A stretch of DNA of 63,737 bases, the filler included, from Folioceros fuciformis (lineage: Eukaryota): NCBI GenBank assembly GCA_049999805.1. It is 9 parts of 9 records of this genome, joined end to end, with 100 filler letters (N's around TTAATTAATTAA, not from the genome) between each part and the next. Parts side by side here need not be neighbours in the genome. Positions count along the whole stretch, not along the records: positions 23,828 to 33,925 come from JBNGIO010003361.1; positions 34,026 to 38,532 come from JBNGIO010003363.1; 7 more parts are not named here. One strand, given 5' to 3'. The position numbers and the translations under genes were made by a program. Below the pieces are notes generated by a model. It saw only the letters and a program-made list of their open reading frames with translations. It searched no databases and was not told the origin of the DNA. How positions within the stretch are numbered: position 1 is the first letter of the stretch; every line of letters starts with the position of its first letter. This document shows positions 24,198-37,000 of this stretch, piece after piece.

Positions 24198-27100
24198 CTG
24201 CCCCTGCACTGCACTGAACTGCACTTGGCTGCAGGGCGCACTGCACTTGCCCCTGTCCTGCCCTTCAAATTTTGTTTTGCGGCCCGATGCGGGCTGTGAG
24301 GCTGGGACTGCTGCTTCTGCAAACCGTTATATCCGCTTGGCGAGGCGAGGGCCCGGGCCCGAACCCCGGCTCCGGCCCGTCCCGTTGCCCTGGCCCCCGC
24401 CCCCGCCCCCGCCCCCGCGCCCGCTCCAGCTCCTGCGGCCAATTATTGGCCGCACAGCAACTCACCGCGACGCACTTCAAATTGCGAGCGAGAGTATATA
24501 TGTAACGCGACTCCAGCTATTCATCAACAGGAGCCGAGGACGGGCCGAGGCCTGGGCCGGTTCCAGGGCCAGGGCCAGCACCCGGACTCGGGCGCGGCAC
24601 AGCTGGATGCTGTCGGCTGCGCCTTCTGCGTGAAGGAGATCGGGGCCCAATAGCTTGCTGCGCCCTTGCCCTTCTTCACCTTTATGGCGCGTGCGCGCCA
24701 ACTCCCCTGCTCGCAACACGACACTTGGCATACTCAAGGGGGTCGTCACGGCGTCAGACAGGCCCGATTCGGGCCGGGCCAGGCCGGGCTCGGTTTCCGG
24801 CACTCGGCACGGCTGCCAGTGCCCCACTGCCCACTGCCACACTCCAGTGCCGCATGACTGATCAATGACGCCGCCAACCTCCCTTCCTTTACAACCAATT
24901 TTCCTCGCCACTGTGCTATCCTCTTCACTGCAGGTGCTTGTGGGTGATGGTGAAAAGCAAGGTGAGGGCCCTGGGCCCAGGACCCGGACCCGGGCCCAGT
25001 TCCCCTGCTATGCTGACCGACGGTCAACCCGTCACACGGCCTGTTTCTGGCCGCACTACCCAAAATGTTGGCTATCCACAGGCCGCCAAGTGAGCACACG
25101 CTGCAGGCACCAGGCTAGGCTGTCAGGCACACATACAATACATACACGCACAAAAACACACACCCACACCCACACCCACACACCCCCATCCACACGGACC
25201 AATACAAGGGATACGTATGTGGAGGAAATACAATAAAAACATCTACATAACATTCCCACCTCACACCACAAGCACAGATGCGTGTGGATGTACCCTTCTT
25301 CCCCTTTATAACAGAAACCATCAGAGTCTCTGCGACCCGAAACAGGCCTGCTGCACCAGGCCTGCTGTTGCCTCCTGTCCTGCCTCCGGNNNNNNNNNNN
25401 NNNNNNNNNNNNNNNNNNNNNNNNNNNNNNNNNNNNNNNNNNNNNNNNNNNNNNNNNNNNNNNNNNNNNNNNNNNNNNNNNNNNNNNNNCCCCTGTCTCC
25501 TAGATACTGCATCCTGGATCTAGTTTTTTTGGGTTTTTTACTCTTTCCCTGCCTCATCACGGCATCACGGGGGGTGGCTCATGCTCCTTGGACTCCTGCC
25601 TTGGGGCCCTTTGGCATAGCAGTTGTGCCAGGCAGCACTCTCCCTGCGCTCATGCCAGGCGCAATCACCTACCTTGGGAATCAAGCCATGCTTTCAAGCC
25701 TTGGATATTATACTATAATATTGTTGAGGGAGATGGGCACGGCGGACTTGGTTTTGCATCCCTGTACATCGAGCTGGGCTGGCGTTATAATGTGTGTGTG
25801 GCATGAGGTCGGAGCGATGGCCACTACCTGCCCGCCCTCTGGCCTGTCACTGGCCGTGTGCCTGCGACCAAGCAAGCACGACCATTTGAAGCGTGTTAGC
25901 ATCATTACCGCCTGGGGAAAGCAACCCTCCGCGGGCTGCACCCTTTGCTCCCTCCTTTTTTTTATTAATCACCTCACATTACCCGCTTCTTCAACTGGTG
26001 ACTTCAGCAGTTGCAACTCAACGGGATGCACTGGAATTGGTGCCCGCAGCATCTGCCAGTTTGCATGCCATTTTCGGCAAAACCATGCAACTCAACTGCC
26101 CAGCCCCAGCTAAACCCAAACCGCCTGCGCCGCGCTGCGCCCCCTCTCTCGCTCGCTTGTGTTACTCTCTTTATCGCGCACGGCCCCAGCGCACCCATTT
26201 CGGGTATGGCCAATGGCTCACCTCCCCAGTGCCCCACCCAGTGCACCCACACGCTTGCCTGCGTATTTCCACCATTACATTTCTGTGGCGCCATGTGCGG
26301 GCAACTGAGTTAATTCTGACACAGGCTAGCAACAAGGTGGAAGGAAACAGTGCCCCCACCAACGAAAGGGAAGGCAACCAGGATTGATGCCCTACCCGTG
26401 AGGTAAGTAGGTAGGTAGGTACTGTACATAGGTAGGCCTCTTCAAATGAAGACATGATAACAACCAATGTCACTCCTTCTTCTCTCCTTGTCCAGGGATG
26501 CCACATCCTTTGCGGTGCCTTGCCAACATATCTACATGTCACTGACTTATCAGGGTTGCAACAACATAGGAGTCTCTGAAAGGGATTCAACTTTCTTAGG
26601 GCAGGGGTACTTTCATCATCAGAGTTGTTCAACTACCTCCAAACATGTAGACGTCACCTTGTCTGTGTTACCAACAGATGTTGGGGTTGCCGGCTTGACG
26701 ACAAAACGTTGAGGTGACAACGAGAGTGCTTCCTTCAGTGCCGCCATTAGGATACCCATGTTACATGTAGCGTAGGTGATACACATGAACATCTAAAGCT
26801 TCTGCCGACTCCTCAGTGCCGTCAGGATACAGGTTTCAACCAAAAATTTCAAAACTGTCTTCGATCTTTGGTCCACCGTCAAGCCGGGAGGAGGCATCTG
26901 CCGTCAAAGTTCCTGCTGCATTATTGTTTCCAGTTCCGAGTCTGACATTGACATAAACAGCTGCCGTTCCCGGCTTTCCTCCCATCTTGTGGTAATCCCC
27001 ATGCCTGCTGGAACGGGTGTTCGGCATAGCCGTTCTGTAGCCTCGCCAGTAGTTTCAAGTCAACCATCCATGAAAACCTGGAGATAGCCTGTAACCCTCG

Positions 27101-28539
27101 TTTCCTTGGATACCTGTTGCAAGCGAAAATGCCTTGCACGCACCCATAACTCTCTTCCCGGACCGAGGCACGGGGCTCACTCTCCTGCAGCGGTTATAGA
27201 TCAACCTTAACCGGGTCTGAGGTTGGTGCGTCTGCGGCAGGTGCAATACTGCTGGTTTTCTACAGCTGTGTAGCTGCTATCTTGCAGCACCAGGCTCAGA
27301 GCTTTTTCCTCCTCTTCTCTCTTTGATGAGGCTCAGCTGGTCAGAATACGCATAAGGTAAAAGGCATATTAGTGTCTCATGTGCAGGGTCACCGGGGTCC
27401 AGACGAACTGTGCCACACAAGGTATACAATTTCACGGAGGTTGAGGACCTGGGTTTCACAGTGGTAGCTTTCATGGCCGCCGACAAGTTCATCCAGGCAG
27501 GCACGGGACAATCTGGTGGCCAAGTGTCCCACCTGGGCCTGGTCCCTGCCTCACGACTGCTTCACAATTCCTCTTCTCTCTGTGCTTGAGGCCTAGCAAA
27601 TACTCTTTTTCTGGGTGTGCAAAAGCCTAGCACTAGTTCACTGGAGCCCCCCTCCTCCTCCTCCTCCTTCCTGTGCTTCTCTGTTCCCTTGCTATACTCT
27701 TCCACCGGTCTCTTTCTTCTTCCTCTCCTCCTCTCCTCTCCTTCCCATCTCCCTTGTAACGTGGTGTGTAGAGTAGTAGCTATGTGCATCGTCCAGCTTT
27801 AAGAACTAACAGCGCAAATTCACTACTCATCGTCGTTGCACTCAACCTAGCGTTCGTTGCCAGAGAGCAACTTCCGGGTAAAAGTAAGACAAAACGAACA
27901 CGGAAACCAGCATACCGGAAATGTTCTCAGCAGGCATTCCAGTCGCTGCATGCTAAACTTCAGAGCATGCTACGATAATTGCACGACCGTGTCCATTTCA
28001 ACAATATGGATCGTACAGGCATCCCTCCACAGCAATCGCCAGGAGCTGCAACGAACACACGTTGACAATGCAAAAACGTCAAACATGCATCGAGGCAGAT
28101 GGGCTGGCCATCACGACAAAGCTGGATCCAACACCAACGTTTACCATCATACAGAGCAACATTCACAGCCACCGACAAGGCCAAGCCTCCCATAGTCCGC
28201 TCTAGAATGCCATGGACCATGCAACAAGCACGTCCAAGTAGCTGATCTCAATGTGCTTGATCTTTGCTGTACAGAAGACCTTGGAGCGTAAGGCACTCAG
28301 CTGTGACAAATCTGCCTGACAAGCTGGGTCCAAAATTGGCTCTTAAAAAAAAAATGCAGTCCGCCTAGCACGAAGTTGGCAAGTGCCATATGCCAACGAC
28401 GATGGCGAAATTGCAAGGCCTGTCCGGGGACACCGGCTGCTCCATCAAATAGCTGCACAATTGGTATACGGAGAGATCCGATGCCAGATCACAAAGTCGG
28501 AGAGCGCTGCTGGACGTGCTGAGCAGTACAAGTGCCGGA

Positions 28540-28929
28540 CTAGTAACCCTTGTTTCCTCGGATGCGTGAGCTCATATTCAGCTGCAAACAGGATGCTACA
28601 GCATTAGCCTTGACTAAACCCGTCAGGACAGAGTACAGCTGGGGAACAAGGATCCAGAAACAAATCCCTCAACCTGCATACGCTTGCAATCGTAGTACGT
28701 CTCTCGCAGCCCAGCACACTTGCTAGGAACGGAAGGCTCATGCTCTCCCACGCAGTCTCGCATGGACCTCCCCTCTACCTGCAGTCAAATTCACCATACC
28801 ATGAAAACCTAGCAAACATGTGAGCGTCTCGAAACCAGAGAGGATCCGTCCCCCGCTTACCTTAACACAGTCGGATTCGCTCAGGCACTTCACAAGCTCT
28901 TGCGCCAAACCCTTGCACGACTTCGTCAT
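28540..28929 (-). CDS. COA5: Cytochrome c oxidase assembly factor 5 (PET191 family); exons 28929-28861, 28778-28674, 28581-28540; 71 aa
   Basis: MTKSCKGLAQELVKCLSESDCVK/VEGRSMRDCVGEHEPSVPSKCAGLRETYYDCKRMQ/LNMSSRIRGNKGY*. Cx9C cysteine pattern and the family RxRGNKGY C-terminus; canonical phase-0 introns. Confidence 0.92.
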
Positions 28930-29244
28930 GTTCACAGAGAGAGCGACACCAAACGTCGAGTCCCCTGCAGAATGAAAACCACAACGACTCCTCGTGCTTG
29001 ACTCTTGACAGACGGTTCAGGTTGTAGTAATTCACCTTTGCAGGCCAGGCTGTTGTATTTCCGCGTCCCGTGATTTTCGTGAACGCGTGTATACACAGAA
29101 AGGTTGTTGCTCGTCCATGCAGAAAGGTTGCTCCTTCCGGAAGCTGGTCCATGCTTTGAAGGTGAACAGGAGGTCAAGCTCCTGGTTACCATAAGAAGCA
29201 AGAGATGGCCATGTCAACGTGTTCAGAGCAATATAACTGCGACG

Positions 29245-29269
29245 TGCGGTGAGCGTGGATCGAACACGC

Positions 29270-29312
<43 letters not shown>

Positions 29313-29317
29313 CCCGC
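29245..29317 (-). tRNA. tRNA-Phe(GAA), cytosolic plant type
   Basis: GCGGGGATAGCTCAGTTGGGAGAGCGTCAGACTGAAGATCTGAAGGTCGCGTGTTCGATCCACGCTCACCGCA: 73 nt, cloverleaf, A and B boxes, anticodon GAA, no encoded CCA. Confidence 0.97.
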
Positions 29318-29896
29318 ATTTCCAATGTTCAAGCGTAATCAAACTAGTTTAAAACAAAATGTAAATACTGTGACGTCACTTTCAGTAGATGCATTCCGCT
29401 TTGTAACTTGTACGTGCAGGCATGGCCCTCTGCCCGTGGTGGACACATTCTACGATCTCTTCTTTCCATTCAACTTGGCTGACAACATGAAGATACTGTA
29501 ATGTAATAAGAAATTTAGAAGAGTGTTGCAAGAAATGTCCCTTGCAGGAATTCTTGGTATTTTTGCTCTTCCTGTGATTCTCTCCCATGCATACTTCCAA
29601 ACAGGTAGCATAAGGCTAGACATCAGCAGCTTTTTTTTATTTGGCTTGGACGCTGCTGTGGTTAATCAACGATGCTGCCAAATCTCTCAATTTGGCTATC
29701 AAAATCGATTTGCTCGGCAGCTAGAAATTGTGAGCAATCTTCCTTACATGCTCGGGAGACCCACTTAGTGATTAACTGCAACTCAGTGGTCCAGTGGACC
29801 GGGATATGAATCAAGTTCTACTTGCTCTAACTAACTAACTAGTCGAGAAAGAGGAACAAGATGTCATTGACATGGTCACACCGGACATTGGGAGAG

Positions 29897-30115
29897 TGTT
29901 AGAAAAACAGTGAATCCCAAGATAAGCCCTGAGATAAGCCTCACCTCAATACTTCTAGATTAATAGTCCATGCGTACATATATAGCCTTCAAGCATGACT
30001 ATAACTCGATAAAGGGTAAACATTACCTCAATCGTGGTTCTATTCTCTATACCTTGGGGTATAATCTCTAGACTCTAATGTACATATGTTGCACAAACCC
30101 CATGGGCTTCTAACA
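29897..30115 (-). repeat. Putative 3' LTR of the copia element (219 bp)
   Basis: Termini TGTTAGAA...TTCTAACA form an 8-bp inverted repeat (TG...CA). It is preceded on the minus strand by the purine tract TGAGTGGGAG just after the RNase H stop. Confidence 0.7.
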
Positions 30116-33100
30116 CTCCCACTCAACACATCTACGGTCTATCCAAGACTTACTCGATTAACCCTAGCATTTTGCTAAACTTCATATACTTCTCTGAAGC
30201 TAAGCCTTTTGTAAGAACTTCAGCGGGCATGTCCTCAGTAGAACAATAAACTAAAGGTATTTCCTTGGACTGGACTTTCTCCCTAATGAAGTGATGCCTA
30301 ACTTCGATGTGCTTAGTCCTTGCGTGGAAAATAGTGATCTTAGCCAAATAAATACAGCCCTGATTGTCGATGAAGATGGGCGTTGCACCTTGTTGCTTGA
30401 ACCATATTTCTTCGAGCAATCGCCTGAGCCATATAGATTCCACAGTTGCGGCTAAGGCTGCCATATACTCAGCCTCTGTAGAGGATAGTGCCACTGTAGG
30501 CTGGCACCGACTACTCCATGAAATGGCTCCCCCAAATAGCATGAAGGCATACCCTGTCGTAGACCTGCAAGTGTCAACATTTCCAGCCCAATTTGCGTCG
30601 CAAAATCCCATAATACGGGCTTCTTCGTCCTCCTCCTTCCGATAGTTCAATGTTCAATGTTTTGTGCCTTGCAAATATCTGAGTATTCTCTTGATGGCTT
30701 GATCATGTTGAGGTTGGGGGTTGACTAAGAATTAGCTCACAACTCCCACTGCCATTGCAATGTCTGGCGTGGTGCTTGTCGCCTAGTAAGTAAGGCAGCC
30801 AACAACACATTGGTAGAGATTCTTATCTACCTATTTCTTCACATTAGATTCCACCTCCTATGATAACTTCTCATTGCGGATCATTGGCGTTTGCGTTGGT
30901 TTGCAATCCTGCATCCCAAAACGCTCTAATATAGTCTGCATATATGTCTGCTGACTTAGAGAGATTGCCTTGTTGGTCCTATCTTTGTCGACCTTTATTC
31001 CTAGGAAATAATTAAGCTCCCCAAGGTCTTGTACAACGAAGCTTTCACTAAGGCCTCGCTTTGCTAAGGTCAGAAGCTCCTGATCATTGCTAACGATGAT
31101 TAAATCATCCACATATACGGCAATGATGGCAACAAAAGCTCCCACTCGATTCACGTAAATATTCCAATCAGCATTGGTCTTCTTGAAACCTCTAGACTGT
31201 AAATGATCAAGTTTACAATACCAAGTAAGGGCAGATTGCTTAAGATTGTAAATGGCCTTTTTTAGCTTACATACCTCGCTCTCACATCTGGGTACCATGT
31301 AGCCTTCGGGTTGCTCCATGTAGATCTCTTAGTTCAAATCTCCATTTAGAAAAGCAGTTTGGACATCCATATGATGTATCTCCATATCCAAAGTAGCGGA
31401 GAGAGGAAGGAGTGTTCGGATAGAGGCTATCTTCGCAATAGGAGAGAAGGTATCTGTGTAGTCCACACATGGAATCTGCGTATACCTTTCCCCACTAGCC
31501 TTGTCTTATAGCGCTCTATGCTGCCGTCAGCCTTTCGCTTGATCTTGAAAGTCCACTTTGATCGTTCTGGGAGGTAGAGGAGTAATAATCCACGTTTTGT
31601 TGGCAATGAGAGAGTTATACTCATTGTTCACAACTTCTCTCCATTCTTTTGCCTTTGGGCTTTCGAATGCCTCCGTCAAGCTGCGGGGTTCTCTGACATC
31701 TGCAAAATACACCTCCTCACTGACACATCCATTAAGAGATTCTATGAGCTTCTCTGACGGCTTTCGCAACCTGGTAGATCTGTGTAACGTCGGTTGCGGT
31801 TCTGTAACTCGATAGTCTTCTTCTACTTCTTCAGTAACATCAAGAGTTTCTCTCGCTCCCCCCTTGATGTCGCATTTTGCACCTGCAGCTGGGGGTAAGA
31901 CTCCAACTACGTCTTCAACCACTGTGACATGAGGAGTGTCTCTCCCTCCCCCCCTATGTCACAAGGTTGAGAAGAGTCGACAGGCATCGGAGCGGAAATC
32001 ACACCGTAGTCTTCGGTAGACCTGGAGGGATCCAACAAGGGAGGAGATGAAGCTCCCACTCCATTTGTAGCCTTGGCAACCTCTTGAAAAACAACATCCT
32101 TACTAAAAGTGACCTTCTTCGTAGTAAGATTGTGTAACCGATAACCTTTCACTGCATTGGAATAGCCAAGCATGAGACACTTCGTACCATTAGGATCCCA
32201 TTTGGTTCGGCTCGCCTTCGAAACTCGAGCTTAGACCACGGAACCAAAAGCCCTAAAATGTCGGACATCGGGTTTGATACCAGACCATGCTTTCTTTAGC
32301 GTCATACCGGCTACGGCCTTCGTCGGAACTCTATTCAACACGGAGGTTGCTGTCACAACAACCTCTTCCCAAAAATTGACCTGCAAGCCACTTTGAAACA
32401 ACATGCACTTGGCTACTTCCACAAGGCTCCGTATCGTCCGCTTTGCAGCTCCATTTTGTTGCGGAGTGTGCGGAATCGTGAGTTGCTGTTGAATGTTGTT
32501 CTCCTTACAAAAAACTGGGAACTGAGAATAAACATATTCCCCTCTATTATCACTTCTAAGCATCTTAAGGCGTTCACCATGTTCGATCTCGACTGAAGTC
32601 TTTCAGTCCTTGAAAGTCTGGAGCACCTGAGATTTCTCCTTCAAAAGGTAAGTCCACGTCTTCCACGTAAAATCGTCGACAAAGATGAGCATGTAGCGTT
32701 TCCCACCCTGAGTAGGATTCCTCATGGGCCCGTTGATGTCAATGTGGACTAATTCCAATGCTTCTTGTGTGCAATGTGCCACGATTTTAGGGAACCTCAT
32801 GCGATATAGCTTCCCCATCTAACATCCTGGACATAACCGTGTCACATTGATCTCCTTCAAATCCAAGCCGGTCACCATGTTGCGAGTCTTCATCAACTTG
32901 AGTTTGTCTGCTCCGATGCGGCCCAAACGCTGATGCCATAAGTCGACAGACCCAATGTTGTCGTGTGAACTAGTTAGGAACGTGCAAGCTTGCTGTTCCA
33001 GGGAAGCACAAAGTTTGTGCACATTGCCCACACGAACACCCCAAGCGGCCATGTGTGACAGCTCAGGCTGTACAGGTTGGATGCGTCGGCTTGTAGAGTT

Positions 33101-33440
33101 GAACACAACTTCATGACCTGCATCTGCAATCCGCGCGACAGAAAGAAGATTCCTCGCAAGATTAGGTACATGCTACACATCCTCAATACATGCAGAGGTT
33201 TTACCCTACAACTGAACTCGTAAGATTCCTTTCCCCTTGATATCATGTGACGTATTCTCATCGAGTGCCACCGTATCGCCCTTTGGGAGTCGTGTGTAGC
33301 CGGTGAACGAGGGAAGGTGGTAGCTGAAATGTTGAGATGCACCAAAGTCAAGATAAAGACTCTCATCCTTCTGTGATAAAGTAGCTCGATCCCTATCCAT
33401 GGAACACACAAAAGTTTGTTCCTGTTGAGTCGGTTCACTC
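29897..33440 (-). mobile_element. Degenerate Ty1/copia LTR retrotransposon (protease-integrase-RT-RNase H) with many stops and frameshifts
   Basis: Protease-like LYLDFGASQHF (~33330-33362), LWHQRLG, integrase LELVHIDINGP/LRSDNRGEY/TPQQNGAA, RT MEQPEGY/AVYVDDLI, RNase H FCDANWAG/STEAEYMA/RTKHIEVRHHFIRE. Integrase precedes RT, the copia order. No gag or matching 5' LTR recognised. Confidence 0.95.
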
Positions 33441-34025
33441 ACTTGATTGGTGTGGAGGCAAAACCCCGGGCACTGATTGCCAACGGGTTCCACCTTTAGT
33501 GGCCACACTTATCCCACTGTCGTTGAGACATTGGGTTTCGTTCCCACGAAAGAGCGATGGGGTTCCTTGCTGCTGTGGATGGAGGGTCAGACTTGATCGA
33601 TTCGATGATGGATTCGAGGGCTCCCCTCCAGCTCCGATTAGGCATAGGACAGGCCTCGCTGTCCGGCGGTCAGGTGCACCTCTCTCGGTGCCCACAAACT
33701 CACTCGAGTCACTACAACGACCCTAACCTGTTAGATCTGCGACTTCCCTCACTCACTTCACTCACTCTCTCACCCCAGCACCAACGCCAGCAACTAACAA
33801 TGACACCACTACCTTCTACACTTCCCTACTGACTCCTCCTACCCGGCAAGAGTCACTAGACTAACCCCAAAGAAAAGAAAGAAGGGAACACACTCCCCTC
33901 TTGGGTATCTCCTCCCCACAACCTTNNNNNNNNNNNNNNNNNNNNNNNNNNNNNNNNNNNNNNNNNNNNTTAATTAATTAANNNNNNNNNNNNNNNNNNN
34001 NNNNNNNNNNNNNNNNNNNNNNNNN

Positions 34026-37000
34026 CTCCCAAGGTATACAAAACCACACCACCACCGACTTGGGTACCGTACTGTACTTGCAAATGTATTGTACTGACCA
34101 AAACAGTACAGATAGGTGAGTTTGTGGACTGTACCGTTACCGGGTATCTAATGGGTAAGCTTGCAATCATTTACACGTAATTTTGATTTTATCTGTTATG
34201 TTGTATTATTGGCAAAGTATATAATATACATATTTAATACTTGTTTATATTAAATAATTAACATATAAATATTCATAAACATATTCCATCCATATGATAA
34301 TAGTTATATATACATATAATAAATTGATATGTTTAGATACTTTATTTGGAATATGTTTATTTAATATTCAATGTGGACTATATTCATAAAAAGAGGCTTT
34401 ACAATCTTTGGCTCATGGTCTTTGTGATTCTAAATTTTTGACATAATCGGCTTAGGCTAGGTCATACACATGAAGCATCTCTTCCTATCTTGCCACACTG
34501 AACACGGCATTACCATTCTGCTAGCCCACAAACCCCACCACATCGGCAATGTGCGCCCTTTGCCCACAAACCCCACCACATCGGCAATGTGCGCCCTTTG
34601 AGGTATCTTGATTCGGCCATTACCAATTTAGCATGTTTTACACATGCTATTATCTAACACTTGATTGTGTTGCGCGTTCTTTTTGACTCAACCCATGAAC
34701 CACCTTGTGTCATGTTATGATTTTTTAAGGTTTAAGGCTACGGTTTTCCACAATACCAACATGTTAATGGCAGCAGTTATTACTACCCGAGGTGCAAGGG
34801 ACTAAGTGACCACAGCAACGAACTAAGTGACCAACTTTTGCCACGCGAGGTGCAAGGGACTAAATGACCAACTTTTGCGTCCATGTAAAGATTGCAAGGA
34901 CGTTTTCCTAGAGAGAACAATCGAGGGGAACACCTAATGTAGGAGTTGCCTTGGAGGGAATGAAATATGTAGGTTTCATTCTAAAGCCCTTGAAGGCTTG
35001 ATAGAGGTGAAAAGACATTCACACTATACACACACCTTGTGAGGCCTTTAGGAAAGAACCCATGCTATTGGAGGGATTAGAGAAGGCAGGTGTCAGTCCA
35101 CACTCATTGAGTGGCCTCCTCTATTCATGGCTACAGGTACATCTCAAATGGCTCCAATCCTACTCCTACACTTCGTACACAATGCCATCAAGGCCAGATA
35201 AAGCCAATACATGTTAAGAAGGAAGTTCACTGCCTCCAAGCCCTTCATATACACATTGTTGTGAGCAACTTGTAGTGCCTACAAGACACACACAGGGATG
35301 TGTAAGTGATTGTCCACAACTGCAATATGCAAGACAATATGCAACTAGAATAGACAAGGCCATATGGAAAGTAATATCAAAGTCATTATGCAAGGCAATG
35401 TGCAAAACACCTCTTCCTATGAAGGGTGGGCATAGACAAATATCCTTGAACCCATTTTTCCATTATGCTCTTGCAAGCATCATCTGCGTTTAAAGGTTTT
35501 AGCATGTTCATAACTATGTTCCTACTATTTTTTGGTGGAGCCTTCTATCAACATTCCCCCTTACACCACACAAGTGCAGCAAATCCAACGGGGAGGGTGC
35601 TAATGACACAGTAGTGCCCTCCCTACTAGCTCCGCTATACTTAACAATGTGTGGTGCTGGTTAGCTCCTGTGTTTGCGATTTCCTTGAGGTATGTTCATG
35701 CACATAGAGTACTAGGTTAGTACGGATAAAAAACACGTGCATAATTTATCTTTCAAATTTACAAACAATTTATGAAGGCCATACCTACTCAAGGGCCCAA
35801 TATGCTATCGTGTAAAACATCGATGTCTTAAGCTCACATTGGTACCCATTCCATGCGACCATCAATAGGAAAGGAAACCCTTATGTGTCTCTCTTGACAT
35901 ATTTAACTTTTCTTATCAGGTTTTTTGGACTGCTATTGTTTTTCTATTTGGTGGACACTAGATGCTATTGTTTTTCTATTTGGTGGACACTAGATGCAAT
36001 TTTTTTCACAAAATGCTTTTAAAGAACGATTCTTTTGTAAAAGTATACAAAAATGAATAGTTTCAATTAGCTATTTAAGTATAGTGCTTAAAATGAAAGG
36101 TGAACAAAGTTTGATCAAATAGCTCTGCATATTTGCCACCACTTCAAAAAGTATCGTGAAATTTTGGAGATTAGGTCTACGTATTACTTGCGCCAAAATA
36201 TTCTCTTCTTGTACCTTATGATATCAAAAGGGCGCCAACATGCCACCGCCCTCAGATCTTCCTTAGTTTGCCCATCCAGACGTTAGCATGCCATGGTGGA
36301 CGTGAGGACACCAAGCTGTTGTCATGCCAACACTCCTACTCCTATTCTTGCAAGGAGGCTACGGCGCCATCATAGAAGCGCCCTTCTGCATGCCCCTGCA
36401 AGAAAGCCTAGGCACTGGCATGCCCATAATTGGGCATTTTGGTTGGCAAAAGTGCTTTGGATGAATCTTAGCACCCTCAATCCATTCTTGCTATTGCATT
36501 GGTGNNNNNNNNNNGCTTCCATGAAATCTTCTTCCTTCTTTTGTTTACTACTCATAACCCCGTACGACCACCAATTGTGCGGCCGACCAAACGGATCAAA
36601 ATGCGAGGCCGGCATGGGCCATGCATGCTCTATCGCAATCGGCATGATTACATTGGCGGGCCGCGCTGGTCGTAACTAACTCGTTGCCCCTAGCCTACGA
36701 CCGCTTTCTCTTACGCAGGGCCCTGGCTGCCCGCGATCGCACCCTCCGAGGCACGCCGGGGTTCGCTAGCGCCCTCCTCTTCATTCGGTGTGCCATCATG
36801 ATGGGATGCAACTGCTCAAACAAATTGTACAGCGGTGGAATGGTGCTTTCTCCTGCAGCGATGTGGAGGCAATGTCTTTGTGGACTACTACATCGCAAAA
36901 TACATGGTGCGCAGAGTCGAGAGTATGGAGAGATTGTTTGAAGGGAGAGAAGGGAAACATTGAAAGCCTCTTACATATAAAAGTTATATGTCAACTTCTA

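Noticed and set aside
23873-26400. Many overlapping GC-rich ORFs, including the 298-aa ORF at 25217-26113
   Set aside because: Driven by microsatellites, high GC and an N gap; no protein family signal.
26400-27560. Short minus-strand ORFs possibly from LINE ORF1 or a decayed gene
   Set aside because: No zinc knuckle, endonuclease or RT motif recognised.
29099-29244. H/ACA snoRNA downstream of tRNA-Phe (AAAGCA and ACA-NNN motifs)
   Set aside because: The second hairpin is too short, only T3 follows, and such motifs arise easily by chance.
36293-36941. GFLAGACRR resembling a MULE transposase motif
   Set aside because: The expected downstream DG/catalytic pattern is absent; no coherent frame.
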